A stretch of DNA of 64,000 nt from assembly GCA_030646555.1 (NCBI GenBank), contig JAUSKP010000048.1, forward strand, positions 2,236 through 66,235, in the 5' to 3' direction. Position numbers and translations under genes: made by a program. The notes below the pieces were generated by a model. It was not told the DNA's origin and ran no database searches. It was given only the letters and a program-made list of their open reading frames with translations. Each line of letters opens with the position of its first letter. Position 1 is the stretch's first letter. Below, in pieces: positions 46,139-56,682 of this stretch. Origin of the DNA: a bacterium. GTDB lineage: Bacteria > Patescibacteriota > Minisyncoccia > UBA6257 > 02-FULL-45-10c.

Positions 46139-47923
46139 TTAGTTCTTTGCCTTTAAATCCCTCTTTCTAATTCTCAGGCTTTTCGGCGTAACCTCTAAAA
46201 GTTCGTCGTCCCCTAAATATTCTATATGTTGCTCCAAGCTCATTTCTCTTGGGGCGATTAAACCAGCAGTTAAAGCTTCTGTTTTTGCTCTAAAGTTATT
46301 TAATTGCTTTGCTCGACAAACATGTACGGCCAAATCCATAGCTTTAGCATTTTGACCAACTACCTGACCCGCGTATACCTTTACGCCAGGACCAATAAAC
46401 AGTTCGGCACGCTCTTGAGCGATTACCAATCCATAATTAGTGGTCGTGCCAGTTTCGTGGACTATTAAAGATCCGTGTGGATTTGTTTTTATATCTTCAA
46501 CAAAAAGAATATATCCAGAAAACAGGGTATTAATAATACCAGTACCTTTAGTTTCAATCATAAAGTCATTTCTAAATCCTATTAAACCTCTAGTTGGGAT
46601 ATTGAAATGGAATATTGCTATACCATTTTCTACGCCCATATTCTTCATTACACCCTTTCTATTATTCATTCTTTCTATGATTATTCCAGAATATTTTTCC
46701 GGCGCCTCAATCCAAATATCTTCAGCTGGTTCAGTTTTCTTTCCGTTTTCTTCTTTAAAAATAACCTCCGGCTTAGAAACCTGAAATTCATATCCTTCGC
46801 GCCTCATCGTTTCAATTAAAATACCTAAATGGAGCTCTCCGCGTCCACTCACGATAAATTCATCAGTTGATTTTCCTCCCTCAACTCTCAAAGCCACATC
46901 ATTATCTAGTTCCTTTTCCAATCTTTCTTTTAAATTTCTGGAAGTGCAATATTCGCCTTCTTCGCCGGCAAAAGGGGAGTTGTTCACGCTAAAAATCATT
47001 TTAACAGTAGGTTTTTCAATATTAATCGGCGGAAGGGCCATTGGATTATTTAAGTCCGCAATAGTATCACCAATGTTTATATTTTCTATTCCGCTCACGG
47101 CCACAATATCTCCGGCTTCACATTCCGCGGCCTCAACCTTACCTAAACCGACAAAAGTCATAAGACTACTAATTTTGACTGACTTATTTTTTCCCTCCCT
47201 GGAAATATGCATAACTTGCTGAGAATTCTTTATAGTGCCTTGATGGATTCTCCCAATTCCTATTCGGCCCTTATAATTATCGTAGGCGATTGTCACAATC
47301 ATCATTTGCAGAGGAGCTTCTGGATGAAATTCGGGCTGAGGGATATATTTTAAAACAGCGTCAAAAACAGGTCTTATGCCGGTCATACTGGCTAAATCCG
47401 GGATTAACCCCGCTTTTGCAAGTTTAGAAGAAGCATAAATAATAGGAAAATTAAGCTGTTCCTCATTGGCACCAAGCTCAATAAAAAGATCGAGTACTTT
47501 ATCCAATGCGTAATTGATACGGGCGTTCGGTTTATCTATTTTATTTATAACCACGATAACCTTGTGATTGAAGGATAAAGCTTTCTTTAAAACGAATCTT
47601 GTTTGAGGCATTGGGCCTTCCTGTGCATCAACTAAGAGTAAAACTCCGTCCGCCATATTTAAAACACGCTCCACTTCGCCGCCGAAGTCGGCGTGTCCGG
47701 GAGTATCTATAATATTTATTTTTGTATCTCCATAATAAACGGCTGCATTTTTAGAAAATATAGTAATTCCACGCTCTCTTTCAAGATCGTTAAAATCCAT
47801 TATTAATTCCTTATCACTAAGCTTTCCTAAATCAGTGTCTGATTGCTTAAGCAAAGCGTCCACGAGAGTGGATTTCCCATGGTCAACGTGAGCAATGATA
47901 GCTATGTTTCTAATCTTTTTCAT
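46139..47923 (-). CDS. typA: GTP-binding protein TypA/BipA
   Basis: [42 protein letters not shown] and [11 protein letters not shown] motifs. Confidence 0.97.
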   Translation of the reverse strand: MKKIRNIAIIAHVDHGKSTLVDALLKQSDTDLGKLSDKELIMDFNDLERERGITIFSKNAAVYYGDTKINIIDTPGHADFGGEVERVLNMADGVLLLVDAQEGPMPQTRFVLKKALSFNHKVIVVINKIDKPNARINYALDKVLDLFIELGANEEQLNFPIIYASSKLAKAGLIPDLASMTGIRPVFDAVLKYIPQPEFHPEAPLQMMIVTIAYDNYKGRIGIGRIHQGTIKNSQQVMHISREGKNKSVKISSLMTFVGLGKVEAAECEAGDIVAVSGIENINIGDTIADLNNPMALPPINIEKPTVKMIFSVNNSPFAGEEGEYCTSRNLKERLEKELDNDVALRVEGGKSTDEFIVSGRGELHLGILIETMRREGYEFQVSKPEVIFKEENGKKTEPAEDIWIEAPEKYSGIIIERMNNRKGVMKNMGVENGIAIFHFNIPTRGLIGFRNDFMIETKGTGIINTLFSGYILFVEDIKTNPHGSLIVHETGTTTNYGLVIAQERAELFIGPGVKVYAGQVVGQNAKAMDLAVHVCRAKQLNNFRAKTEALTAGLIAPREMSLEQHIEYLGDDELLEVTPKSLRIRKRDLKAKN

Positions 47924-48098
47924 GAGTTGTTATTTTACAATAAATAAACCAAAAATACAAGTTTTTATATCTAAATTCATTAACAACCGATTTATACCAC
48001 TATTCCGCGGTCGCGGAATAGTGGAGTAAAAAATATTTTTTAGAAAAGATAAAAAAGAAAAGAGCCCTTTATGCTGAGGGCTCTTTATTATAAGAGTA

Positions 48099-48296
48099 TT
48101 AAGATATCTCTATCTTAACGATATCTTCTTCCTTAATTTCGCCAGGGGAAAGAAGGTAAAGATAAGGAAGCACCACGGTGCGGTTCTTTAAGACAGAGCC
48201 GTCTTTAAGAGTAATGTCGACGACTTGATAGCCCATTCCGCTTTCGGGCATTCTAAGAAGTTTACTTACCCACTTCTCACTTAATTCTAATTGCAT
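48099..48296 (-). CDS. Small hypothetical protein
   Basis: MQLELSEKW...PESGMGYQVVDITLKDG. GGAGG SD and terminator at 48059-48086. Confidence 0.65.
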   Translation of the reverse strand: MQLELSEKWVSKLLRMPESGMGYQVVDITLKDGSVLKNRTVVLPYLYLLSPGEIKEEDIVKIEIS

Positions 48297-48332
48297 AGCG
48301 CCTCCTTCAAAGAACAATTTTGTTTTGAAAGC

Positions 48333-48614
48333 TTATATCCAAGCCAGCGCAAGCGCCAGCTTTAGCACAAGAGATAAAACCGCCAATAAAAAGAAAACTA
48401 AGGCGATTATCAAGTCACAGCACAGATATCTGCCTATGCGCCTCTTCATTGCTTCAATCTCAAAGATATCAAATTCTTTTTTTATTTCCGGCCGATCCAG
48501 CCTGAAATAAGCGTAGATAGCCTGACCGATAAAGAACAGATAAATAATAAAAAATCCTACCCAGTACCAAATGTGACCGACCAAAAACAGAATGCAGGCA
48601 TTGATAGCTTCCAT
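48333..48614 (-). CDS. Small membrane ORFan
   Basis: Two to three hydrophobic segments. GGAGG SD 5 nt upstream of ATG 48614. Confidence 0.55.
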   Translation of the reverse strand: MEAINACILFLVGHIWYWVGFFIIYLFFIGQAIYAYFRLDRPEIKKEFDIFEIEAMKRRIGRYLCCDLIIALVFFLLAVLSLVLKLALALAWI

Positions 48615-48691
48615 ACTCACCTCCGTTAGATTGTGAAGTTCCTAAGCCGGATTATCGCACAAGCAGCCGAGAGTTGTAAAGAAACCGAAAT

Positions 48692-49792
48692 TTATTTCAA
48701 ATTCTCAATTATAGCAACCTCCAAAGGCGCGATAGGGAACGGGGAATAGCGCATTTCCGAATAAGCGCGTATAAAAGATTTTATGAGATTTATATGTTTC
48801 TCCGGCTTTATCAATGCTGAATGTTTTTTAAGAGTATTTAAATTATCTGAAGTCAACTCTTTTTTATAAAATTCTTCCACTTTAGGGCTTAGATTTAAAG
48901 CTAGCGCGCGCCTCAGATAGTGAATAAGATCTTTTGTCAGTTGGACCAGGTTATATCCTTCTTCGTTTATTTGCGATAAATAAGTTAAAGATTTTTCTAA
49001 ATCTCCAGCCAATATCAAGGCGGCAAGTTCTGCTGTTTTTTTATAGCCGATCTTTCCCACTATCTTTTCAACATCTTTCAGCTCAATACTAGAATCCATT
49101 GAAGCGATCTGATCTAAAAGAGATTCGGCATCCCGGAAACTGCCTTCGCCAAGAGAAGCAATAAGCTCCAAAGCTTCATCGGATATCTTTATTTTCTCGG
49201 TCTTTACTATGCCGTCTAATTTTTTCAAAATATCCCCGATAGCCAACTTTTTAAAATTAAACTTTTGAGTTCGGGAAGAAACTGTGGCTGGAATTTTTTC
49301 ATATTCAGTGGTAGCTAAAATAAATATGGCATGAGCAGGAGGCTCTTCTAGAGTTTTCAAAAGCGCGTTAAAAGCATCGCGGGTGAGCATATGAACTTCG
49401 TCTATGATAAAAACTTTTTTGGATAAATAAATAGGGGACAGCTTGATGCCTTCTTTAAGATCCCTAATCTCATCTATACCTCTATTGGAAGCAGCGTCAA
49501 TTTCCACCACATCCATTGCCTGATTGGCGTCTATTTCGGTACAGGCCCTGCATTCATTGCACGGCTCTCCTTTTTCCATAAACTTTTCATCTTTTATCCT
49601 TTTCTCGCAATTTACCAATTTAGCCAAAAGCCTGGCGGTTGTGGTTTTACCGGAACCCCTGGAACCATAAAATAAATAAGCGTGCGCAAATCTGTTCTGC
49701 CTGGCGGAATTTCTTAATACTTCAATTATATGTTCCTGTCCCAACAATTCGGAAAGTTTTTTAGGACGATATTTTCTGTAGATGGCTAACAT
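48692..49792 (-). CDS. dnaX: DNA polymerase III gamma/tau (short form)
   Basis: YRKYRP, GSRGSGKTT, EIDAASN, IIDEVHML and NALLKTLEEPP motifs. 366 aa. Confidence 0.95.
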   Translation of the reverse strand: MLAIYRKYRPKKLSELLGQEHIIEVLRNSARQNRFAHAYLFYGSRGSGKTTTARLLAKLVNCEKRIKDEKFMEKGEPCNECRACTEIDANQAMDVVEIDAASNRGIDEIRDLKEGIKLSPIYLSKKVFIIDEVHMLTRDAFNALLKTLEEPPAHAIFILATTEYEKIPATVSSRTQKFNFKKLAIGDILKKLDGIVKTEKIKISDEALELIASLGEGSFRDAESLLDQIASMDSSIELKDVEKIVGKIGYKKTAELAALILAGDLEKSLTYLSQINEEGYNLVQLTKDLIHYLRRALALNLSPKVEEFYKKELTSDNLNTLKKHSALIKPEKHINLIKSFIRAYSEMRYSPFPIAPLEVAIIENLK

Positions 49793-49898
49793 ATGAATAG
49801 TATATAGCCATTAGAAGTTAGAGACTAGTGTAAAAGTTAAAATTATGTGAATAAGAAAAAACCGCCAAGCTGATAAGCCGGCGGTTTTTAAAGTTTCA

Positions 49899-50471
49899 CT
49901 ATTTTTTAAAACAAAAGAGTTTTTTTAATATCTCCCACCGATTTTCCGATCTTTTGACCCATACAAGAGCATATTCGCTTTCTTTCGCAGCCAAATATGA
50001 AATAAATTTCGGCTTTTCTGAGGTCTGCGGGTTCATAGGAATAACAGTTTCACCGCCCAAACTGATAACGCCGGGAAACTGTACCCATTCGCCGGAGGTT
50101 TTGTAACTTACCCAGTAACCCCTGTTAACATTAAAATATTCTTCAGCGGTTATGGGTCCTTCGTATAGACTATCACTACCGCAACGGAACGCAGACGCCT
50201 TCTTAAAGGTCGCAAGGCATAAGTACAGCCCATCGTTATACCAACGATAGGCAAATTCTATCTCCAACAGCGCGCCTTTAACCATATAGGACTTAACGGC
50301 TTCATATTTCTTCAGTGGCTCTGGTCCGGTCTCAAAATAGATCTGAAAATATAGTTTGTGATTATCCTCTCCCTGTAAGTCGCATTCAAATACTTTTTGA
50401 GTTTTTTGATCCCACGGCTTTATAACAATTTCTGCCCTCGTTACCATATATACGCCGTAAACCATATCCAT
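49899..50471 (-). CDS. ORFan hypothetical protein
   Basis: AAGGAGGTG SD, TTGACA promoter near 50540 and terminator at 49857-49889. No recognisable motif. Confidence 0.6.
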   Translation of the reverse strand: MDMVYGVYMVTRAEIVIKPWDQKTQKVFECDLQGEDNHKLYFQIYFETGPEPLKKYEAVKSYMVKGALLEIEFAYRWYNDGLYLCLATFKKASAFRCGSDSLYEGPITAEEYFNVNRGYWVSYKTSGEWVQFPGVISLGGETVIPMNPQTSEKPKFISYLAAKESEYALVWVKRSENRWEILKKLFCFKK

Positions 50472-50611
50472 ACGCCCCACCTCCTTTTGTTTCTGCTTTA
50501 ATGTGCTGATAGCAGTCTATATCCGAATATAAAACTTTGTCAATTAAAATAATTTACCTTTATTATACTCTGTTAAATGCATAAAAAATCAGATATAATT
50601 ACAGTATAAAA

Positions 50612-51853
50612 ATGCAAAAAGTTATTTATTTTTTTATTTTAATATTCAGCGGCATGGGCCTATTTTTATTTTTTACTTCCAATAACAATTTGAGCCTTTC
50701 CGATATTCCAAAAACAGCCAGCCAAGAAGATGTAGTAGCCGAGAAAAAAATACCCGAACAGGCAAAGCCCGTAGATCCCAAAGCCGACATTGAACCGCAA
50801 AAAAAACTGGAAAATCCTCCGTCTGTAATTAAGGCTATCTATTCAAGCGCCTGGTCAGCCAGCAGCGCTAAAAAAATTGATTATTTTATCAACCTTATTA
50901 AAACCACAGAAGTAAACGCTATTGTTGTTGATATTAAAGATTACACCGGAAATTTGAGCTATAAAAATGATATTGAGTTGGTCAATAAATATGGCGCCAT
51001 AGAAGTGAAAATCACAAAACCAAACGCCTTAATTAAAAAACTGCACGATGAAGGCATATATGTGATAGCCAGAATGGCGGTTTTCCAAGACCCGGCGCTT
51101 GTTAAAGCCAGACCGGACTTAGCATTGCAAAGCATATCCAAAAATAAACCCTGGACGGATTACAAAGGGATCCCTTGGGTGGATACATCTTCAAAAGAAG
51201 TTTGGGACTACAACATTACTATAGCCAAAGACGCGTTAAGCAGGGGATTTGATGAAATAAATTTTGACTACATTAGATTCGCTTCAGACGGAAATATGGC
51301 AGACATCAGATATCCTTTTTATAACTCAAAACTGCAGACAAAGAGACAGGTGATGAACAGCTTTTTTAAATACTTGAGAGAAAATCTGCCTGACGCAAAA
51401 ATGTCCGCTGATTTATTTGGCTACACCACATTGCTTCAGGATGATTTGGGTATCGGACAACATATAGATGATGCTATGCCGTATTTTGATTACATCGCGC
51501 CGATGGTTTACCCATCGCATTACAATAAAGGATTTAACGGCCATACTAATCCGGCGGAATTTCCTTATGACGTAGTTTATACATCTATGTTAAAAGCCGA
51601 GCAACGACTAAATGCTTTTAATGAGTCAACCACGACAATAAAAATAGTTGAATCCAAATTCAGGCCTTGGCTTCAGGATTTTGATTTGGGAGCGGATTAT
51701 GATGCCGCTAAAGTCCGGGCCCAGATTCAGGCGACTTACGACGCGGCCTCCACAACTGAAGCAGGCTCGCCCGCCGAAGCTTCGGCGAAGGCGGGATGGA
51801 TGCTTTGGGCGCCTACAAATATTTATACAAAGGACGCTTTATTAAGCGAGTAA
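50612..51853 (+). CDS. Putative glycoside hydrolase (DUF4015-like)
   Basis: NAIVVDIKDYTG, IARMAVFQD, GFDEINFDYIRF, PMVYPSHY and RPWLQDF motifs. Confidence 0.85.
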   Translation: MQKVIYFFILIFSGMGLFLFFTSNNNLSLSDIPKTASQEDVVAEKKIPEQAKPVDPKADIEPQKKLENPPSVIKAIYSSAWSASSAKKIDYFINLIKTTEVNAIVVDIKDYTGNLSYKNDIELVNKYGAIEVKITKPNALIKKLHDEGIYVIARMAVFQDPALVKARPDLALQSISKNKPWTDYKGIPWVDTSSKEVWDYNITIAKDALSRGFDEINFDYIRFASDGNMADIRYPFYNSKLQTKRQVMNSFFKYLRENLPDAKMSADLFGYTTLLQDDLGIGQHIDDAMPYFDYIAPMVYPSHYNKGFNGHTNPAEFPYDVVYTSMLKAEQRLNAFNESTTTIKIVESKFRPWLQDFDLGADYDAAKVRAQIQATYDAASTTEAGSPAEASAKAGWMLWAPTNIYTKDALLSE

Positions 51854-51860
51854 AAGAAAA

Positions 51861-52637
51861 ATGCGATACGAAATAAAATCAGACCAATTCACTGGCCCAC
51901 TGGATAAACTGCTTGAACTGATAGAAGAAAGAAAAATGGAAATAACGGTAGTAAATTTGGCGGAAATTACCAACGATTTCTTAAAATATCTGCAAAGCAT
52001 CAATGAGGAGACAACTCATCCAAGCGTAATTGCTGATTTTATAATAGTCGCCTCAAAACTTTTACTGATAAAATCAAAGGCTCTTTTGCCATCTCTAGAA
52101 CTGACCCCAGAAGAAGAAAACGACATCCAAGATCTTGAGCTTAGATTAAAGATCTATAAAGAATTCTCCGCCAGAGGCGGATCTGCCTTGGGCGGAAAGA
52201 ATGCCGCTCTGAATCTTAAAACTCTGTGGGACAATAAAAAATATTGTTTCGGCAAAGAATTATTCGCTGATTTGCCGCCGATTTTCTATCCGCCCAAAAA
52301 CTTGGAAATTAAAGATCTGATCGGTCCGATAGAAAAAATAATTACTGAGCTTAAAGCTCTTATTCCGGAAAAGAAGACTGTTAAAAAAATAGTCATTTCC
52401 ATTAAAGAAAAAATGGAGGAATTGCTTAACAGATTCAAACAAAAAGCCGAAAATAGCTTTAAAAATGTGGTTGAATCAAAATCAAAGCTTGAAATTATTG
52501 TCTTTTTTCTGGCAATACTACACTTAATACGCGACCGGCTCATCACCTCTACTCAGGAAGACCAATTTTCTGATATAATCATTAAGCAAAAGCCTAAGGA
52601 ATCCGAACCGTTATTAAGCGGAGAACAAAGCATATAA
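51861..52637 (+). CDS. scpA: Segregation/condensation protein A
   Basis: FTGPLDKLLELI, LLLIKSKALLP and FLAILHL motifs. Confidence 0.92.
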   Translation: MRYEIKSDQFTGPLDKLLELIEERKMEITVVNLAEITNDFLKYLQSINEETTHPSVIADFIIVASKLLLIKSKALLPSLELTPEEENDIQDLELRLKIYKEFSARGGSALGGKNAALNLKTLWDNKKYCFGKELFADLPPIFYPPKNLEIKDLIGPIEKIITELKALIPEKKTVKKIVISIKEKMEELLNRFKQKAENSFKNVVESKSKLEIIVFFLAILHLIRDRLITSTQEDQFSDIIIKQKPKESEPLLSGEQSI

Positions 52638-53227
52638 TGGACAATCTATTATCAAAAATTGAAGCGGTTCTATTTGCCTATGGAGAGCCTATTTCCGTTG
52701 AAAGGCTCGGTAAAATTTTAAAGATAACTTCAGCCGAACTGGAAACAGCCTTAAAAGATCTAGAGATAGAACTAAACAGACAAGAAAGGGGAATTGTCCT
52801 TATTAAAAATGTCGGGAAAATACAGCTCGCAACTAAGCCTGAACTCACCGGTCTTTTGGAAGACATCATAAAACAGGAATTTACCGAAGATCTTACTCCG
52901 GCGGCATTAGAAACCCTTTCTATCATTGCCTATGCCGGTCCTATAAGCCGCGCCGATATTGAATATATCCGCGGAGTTAATTCCAGTTTTACAATGAGGA
53001 ATCTTCTTTTAAGAGGGTTAGTTGAAAGAACAATTGATCCAAAAAGAGCCAATGCGTATATTTATACAGCCAGTTTTGATCTGATCAAAAGATTGGGAAT
53101 TCTAAAAGTAGAAGATCTGCCGGATTATGAAAGATATAAGCAAATGGTAAAAAATCTTCACGAATCATCTCTAAATCCTATCCAGCAAAAAGCCGAGGTT
53201 TTAACCCCCGAAGAACAAAATATTTAA
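52637..53227 (+). CDS. scpB: Segregation/condensation protein B
   Basis: IEAVLF..GEP and LTPAALETLSIIAY..PISRADIEYIRGVNS motifs. Confidence 0.95.
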   Translation: MDNLLSKIEAVLFAYGEPISVERLGKILKITSAELETALKDLEIELNRQERGIVLIKNVGKIQLATKPELTGLLEDIIKQEFTEDLTPAALETLSIIAYAGPISRADIEYIRGVNSSFTMRNLLLRGLVERTIDPKRANAYIYTASFDLIKRLGILKVEDLPDYERYKQMVKNLHESSLNPIQQKAEVLTPEEQNI

Positions 53228-53229
53228 TT

Positions 53230-54282
53230 ATGCTGTCCCAAACAATAAGATTGTTAATTTTAGCCGGAACCGCTTTTACGGTGGCATTGATATTGACCCC
53301 TGTTTTTATAAAAATACTGGATCGGTTTCATCTCCATAAACAGATTCGCAGCCAAGAATCAGCTCCGGTTTTTTACAGTCTTCATAAACACAAAGAAAAT
53401 ACCCCAACAATGGGCGGGGTGATAATCTGGGTAACTGTTTTAGGGCTAGCTTTTTTAATTTGGATTTTAAGCGATATTTTTGGAGGAGTTTTTGATTATT
53501 TAAATTTTGTTGATAGAGCCCAGACATATCTACCGATAGCGGCCATGCTCATTGCGGCATTGCTAGGCTTGTCAGACGATATATTGGGCGCTCTAAGAAT
53601 AGGGCCGAACGGGGGAGGGCTCAGAATTTCTCAGAAGCTTATTATGTATACTGTTTTGGCCGCCATCGGAGGTTTTTGGTTTTTTTATAGATTAAATTGG
53701 GATGTTTTATATATTCCATTTTGGGGCAATTTAACGATCGGCTGGTGGTACATTCCAATTTTTATATTTGTAATTGTAGCAAGCGCTTTTTCCGCCAATG
53801 AAACCGATGGATTAGACGGACTGGCCGGCGGAGTTATGCTTTTCGCTTTCGTTTCTTTAACGGCTGTGGCTTTTATCTTGGGAAGGTATGATCTGGCAGC
53901 TTTCGGCGCCACGGTCATAGGCGCGCTTTTGGCATTTTTATGGTTTAACATTTATCCGGCAAGATTTTTTATGGGCGACACCGGATCCATGGCTCTGGGA
54001 ATTACAATGGGCGTGATCGCAATGCTCACCAACACGACACTTTTCCTGCCATTATTCGGATTCATTCTGGTAGGAGAATCAATTTCCGTAATAGTCCAAT
54101 TACTAAGCAAGAAAATATTTAAGAGAAAAATATTTTTATCCACGCCGATACACCATCACTTTGAAGCGCTGGGCTGGCACGAAACCAAAGTTACTATGCG
54201 TTTTTGGATCATCTCGGTCATCTCCTGTATTTTAGGCCTGGTGCTTTTTATGATGAGCAAGTTTATGTTTTTAATAAAATAA
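53230..54282 (+). CDS. mraY: Phospho-N-acetylmuramoyl-pentapeptide transferase
   Basis: TPTMGG, NETDGLDGL, FMGDTGS and PIHHHFE motifs. Confidence 0.96.
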   Translation: MLSQTIRLLILAGTAFTVALILTPVFIKILDRFHLHKQIRSQESAPVFYSLHKHKENTPTMGGVIIWVTVLGLAFLIWILSDIFGGVFDYLNFVDRAQTYLPIAAMLIAALLGLSDDILGALRIGPNGGGLRISQKLIMYTVLAAIGGFWFFYRLNWDVLYIPFWGNLTIGWWYIPIFIFVIVASAFSANETDGLDGLAGGVMLFAFVSLTAVAFILGRYDLAAFGATVIGALLAFLWFNIYPARFFMGDTGSMALGITMGVIAMLTNTTLFLPLFGFILVGESISVIVQLLSKKIFKRKIFLSTPIHHHFEALGWHETKVTMRFWIISVISCILGLVLFMMSKFMFLIK

Positions 54283-54382
54283 AAGTAATCAACGAATAGC
54301 GAATTAGTACGAATATACGAATTCCATCATTGCGAGGCAACTGACTTGTCCGCCATAGCTTCGGCGAAGGTGGAAGCAATCT
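54283..54382. repeat. 8-mer array copy followed by TCATTGCGAG half-element with nested CCGCCATAGCTTCGGCG unit
   Basis: Matches 2708-2748, then tcattgcgag...tccgccatagcttcggcgaaggtggaagcaatc. Confidence 0.75.
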
Positions 54383-54401
54383 ATAATCCAGTAAATAATT
54401 T

Positions 54402-55484
54402 ATGAAATATCTAAGCAATCTAAACAAAAAGGAACTCAACGGAAAAACCAGTCTTTTAAGAGTGGACTTGAATATTAAATCCCTAAAAGATCATTTTAGA
54501 ATTGATTCGGTTTTGCCAACCATTAAATATCTTCTAAAGAACAGTTCAAAAGTTGTCATATTAAGCCACCGCGGCAGGCCAAATAGTATAGATCCAAAGT
54601 TAAGCCTGCGGCCAATAGCTAAAATAATTTCTCAAAAATTAAAATCAAAGATCAAATTTATTGATTCATTTGCTGACTTTAATTTTTCCACCAGAGGCGG
54701 ATCAGCCTTTGGCTGGAAAAAAATAAAGAAAGAGATCGATTCTGAAAAAAAAGTAAAAGTTTTTGTTTTGGAAAATTTACGATTTCTGTCCGGTGAAGAA
54801 AAAAACAGCAACAACCTGGCTAAAAAACTAGCAAGTCTTGGAGATCTATACATAAATGACGCCTTTGCCGTATCTCACAGAAAAAATGCGTCAGTTTTTG
54901 CGATCACTAAGCACATCAAAAGCTACGCCGGATTACTTATGGAAAAAGAGATAGCGGGACTTACCAAGGCCACAAAAAATCCTAAACAACCATTAATTGT
55001 TGTTCTTGGAGGTACTAAAATAGACACTAAAATAAATATTGTTAAGAATCTAAATTCGCGAACAAAATTCTTTCTTTTAGGGAGTTCTATTTTTAACGAA
55101 ATAAAAAATCCTATAGTTAAAAATATTATTAAAAATAAAAAATGCCTGATACCAATTGATTTTTTTAAAAGAAATGGGAAATTTTTTGATATCGGACCGG
55201 AAACAATTGTCTTATATAAAAAAATAATTTCGGAGGCAAATACTATAATTTGGAACGGACCAGTGGGAATGTTTGAAGATAAAAAATATTCTAAAGGAAC
55301 GGCCAAGATTGCGAGCGCCATAATAAGATCAAAAGCTTTTAAGGTGATCGGCGGGGGAGAAACGGCTAATTTCATCCTAAATAACAAAATGAATAAGAAT
55401 ATAGATCTCCTATCAACCGGGGGCGGAGCTATGCTGGATTTTTTGGCCGGCAAAAAATTGCCAGGCATAGAAGCCTTAAAATAA
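54402..55484 (+). CDS. pgk: Phosphoglycerate kinase
   Basis: RVDLN, SHRGRP, LENLRF, DAFAVSHR, WNGPVGMFE and STGGGA motifs. Confidence 0.95.
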   Translation: MKYLSNLNKKELNGKTSLLRVDLNIKSLKDHFRIDSVLPTIKYLLKNSSKVVILSHRGRPNSIDPKLSLRPIAKIISQKLKSKIKFIDSFADFNFSTRGGSAFGWKKIKKEIDSEKKVKVFVLENLRFLSGEEKNSNNLAKKLASLGDLYINDAFAVSHRKNASVFAITKHIKSYAGLLMEKEIAGLTKATKNPKQPLIVVLGGTKIDTKINIVKNLNSRTKFFLLGSSIFNEIKNPIVKNIIKNKKCLIPIDFFKRNGKFFDIGPETIVLYKKIISEANTIIWNGPVGMFEDKKYSKGTAKIASAIIRSKAFKVIGGGETANFILNNKMNKNIDLLSTGGGAMLDFLAGKKLPGIEALK

Positions 55485-55485
55485 T

Positions 55486-56682
55486 ATGATCAAGTTAAAA
55501 AACACCGATAAGGCCGTCAAAAGACTCATTTTAGCCCTTAAAAATAACGAGAAAATAGGCGTCTGGAGCGACTATGACCCGGACGGTGTATTTGCTTTAA
55601 CCCTAGCCTATGAAGCCCTTTTAAACGCCGGTTTTAAGAAGAATAACCTGGCGCTTTCTTTGCCGAACCAGCATAAATATAGAAGAAGTTTTAATAAATT
55701 TCATTTAAAACTTTTCAAAAAATCAGGCGTCAAATTAATTATCGGCATTGATTTTGGCACAACCGACTTTGAACAGGTCGGCTGGGCAAAAAAAATGGGA
55801 TTTGAAGTGATACTTTTAGACCATCATCGCCAAAGACCGGGCAACTTACCGGCGCTTTTGATAAATCCATACCAAAAAGGAGATGATTCCAAAACTAAAA
55901 ATTGGAGTGGGGCCGGAGTGGCGTATTTATTTTTTGAAAATCTTTATAATTTCTTAAAAATAGATCCCAAAAAACTTGAAAAGAGCATTGATCTAATATT
56001 AATTCCGGCGCTTACCGATTACATACAAATTAATAATGGAAATCTGCCCTATCTTAAAAAAAGTTTGGGAAAAATAAAAGCCGGTGATCGTCCGGGACTC
56101 AATGCTTCTCTAAAACAGATTGGGTTAAATAAAAATCTAGCTATTGAAGATTTTAAGGAAAAAAGGGCTGATTTATGCGATTTTTATGGGACGCTGAATG
56201 GAAATGGAAAACAAAACAACGTTTTTAATTTGCTCTTGTCCAAAAACAAAAAAGACGCTGATAAAATATCGAAACAAATCAAAAAAGATCTTGCGGTTTT
56301 TGAAAAATATATTGATTCAATGGTCGCGCAAGGCATCAAAAAATTCAGATCAGCCAATCAAGCAAAGAAACTTAAATTTATTTTTTGGGGAACAGATAAG
56401 GATATGGGAATGATTGCCACTGGCTCAAAGATAGCCAACAGATTAAATGAATATTTCAGAATTCCAGTTTATTTTTATAACAAAGAAAACAATATTATGA
56501 AAGGTTCGGTTAGAACCAACTATCCCGAAAACTCTGACGCAAATGTGATTGATTCCATGAAAAGTTCCGCTCAATTATTTTTCAGTTTTGGCGGGCATCC
56601 TAGAGCGGCCGGATTCTATATTAAAAAGAAAAACTTGCCATTGTTTGAAAAAGCTTTAAATAAATACTATGGAAACAGTTAA
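55486..56682 (+). CDS. DHH/DHHA1 family phosphoesterase (RecJ-like, divergent)
   Basis: DYDPDG, IDFG, LDHH, INP, SGAGVA and GGHPRAAG motifs. Confidence 0.8.
   Translation: MIKLKNTDKAVKRLILALKNNEKIGVWSDYDPDGVFALTLAYEALLNAGFKKNNLALSLPNQHKYRRSFNKFHLKLFKKSGVKLIIGIDFGTTDFEQVGWAKKMGFEVILLDHHRQRPGNLPALLINPYQKGDDSKTKNWSGAGVAYLFFENLYNFLKIDPKKLEKSIDLILIPALTDYIQINNGNLPYLKKSLGKIKAGDRPGLNASLKQIGLNKNLAIEDFKEKRADLCDFYGTLNGNGKQNNVFNLLLSKNKKDADKISKQIKKDLAVFEKYIDSMVAQGIKKFRSANQAKKLKFIFWGTDKDMGMIATGSKIANRLNEYFRIPVYFYNKENNIMKGSVRTNYPENSDANVIDSMKSSAQLFFSFGGHPRAAGFYIKKKNLPLFEKALNKYYGNS

Noticed and set aside
12595-49792. Short ProS, DnaX, HolB, L13 and SecA
   Set aside because: These are consistent with ordinary genome streamlining. 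Core motifs are intact and short forms are known.
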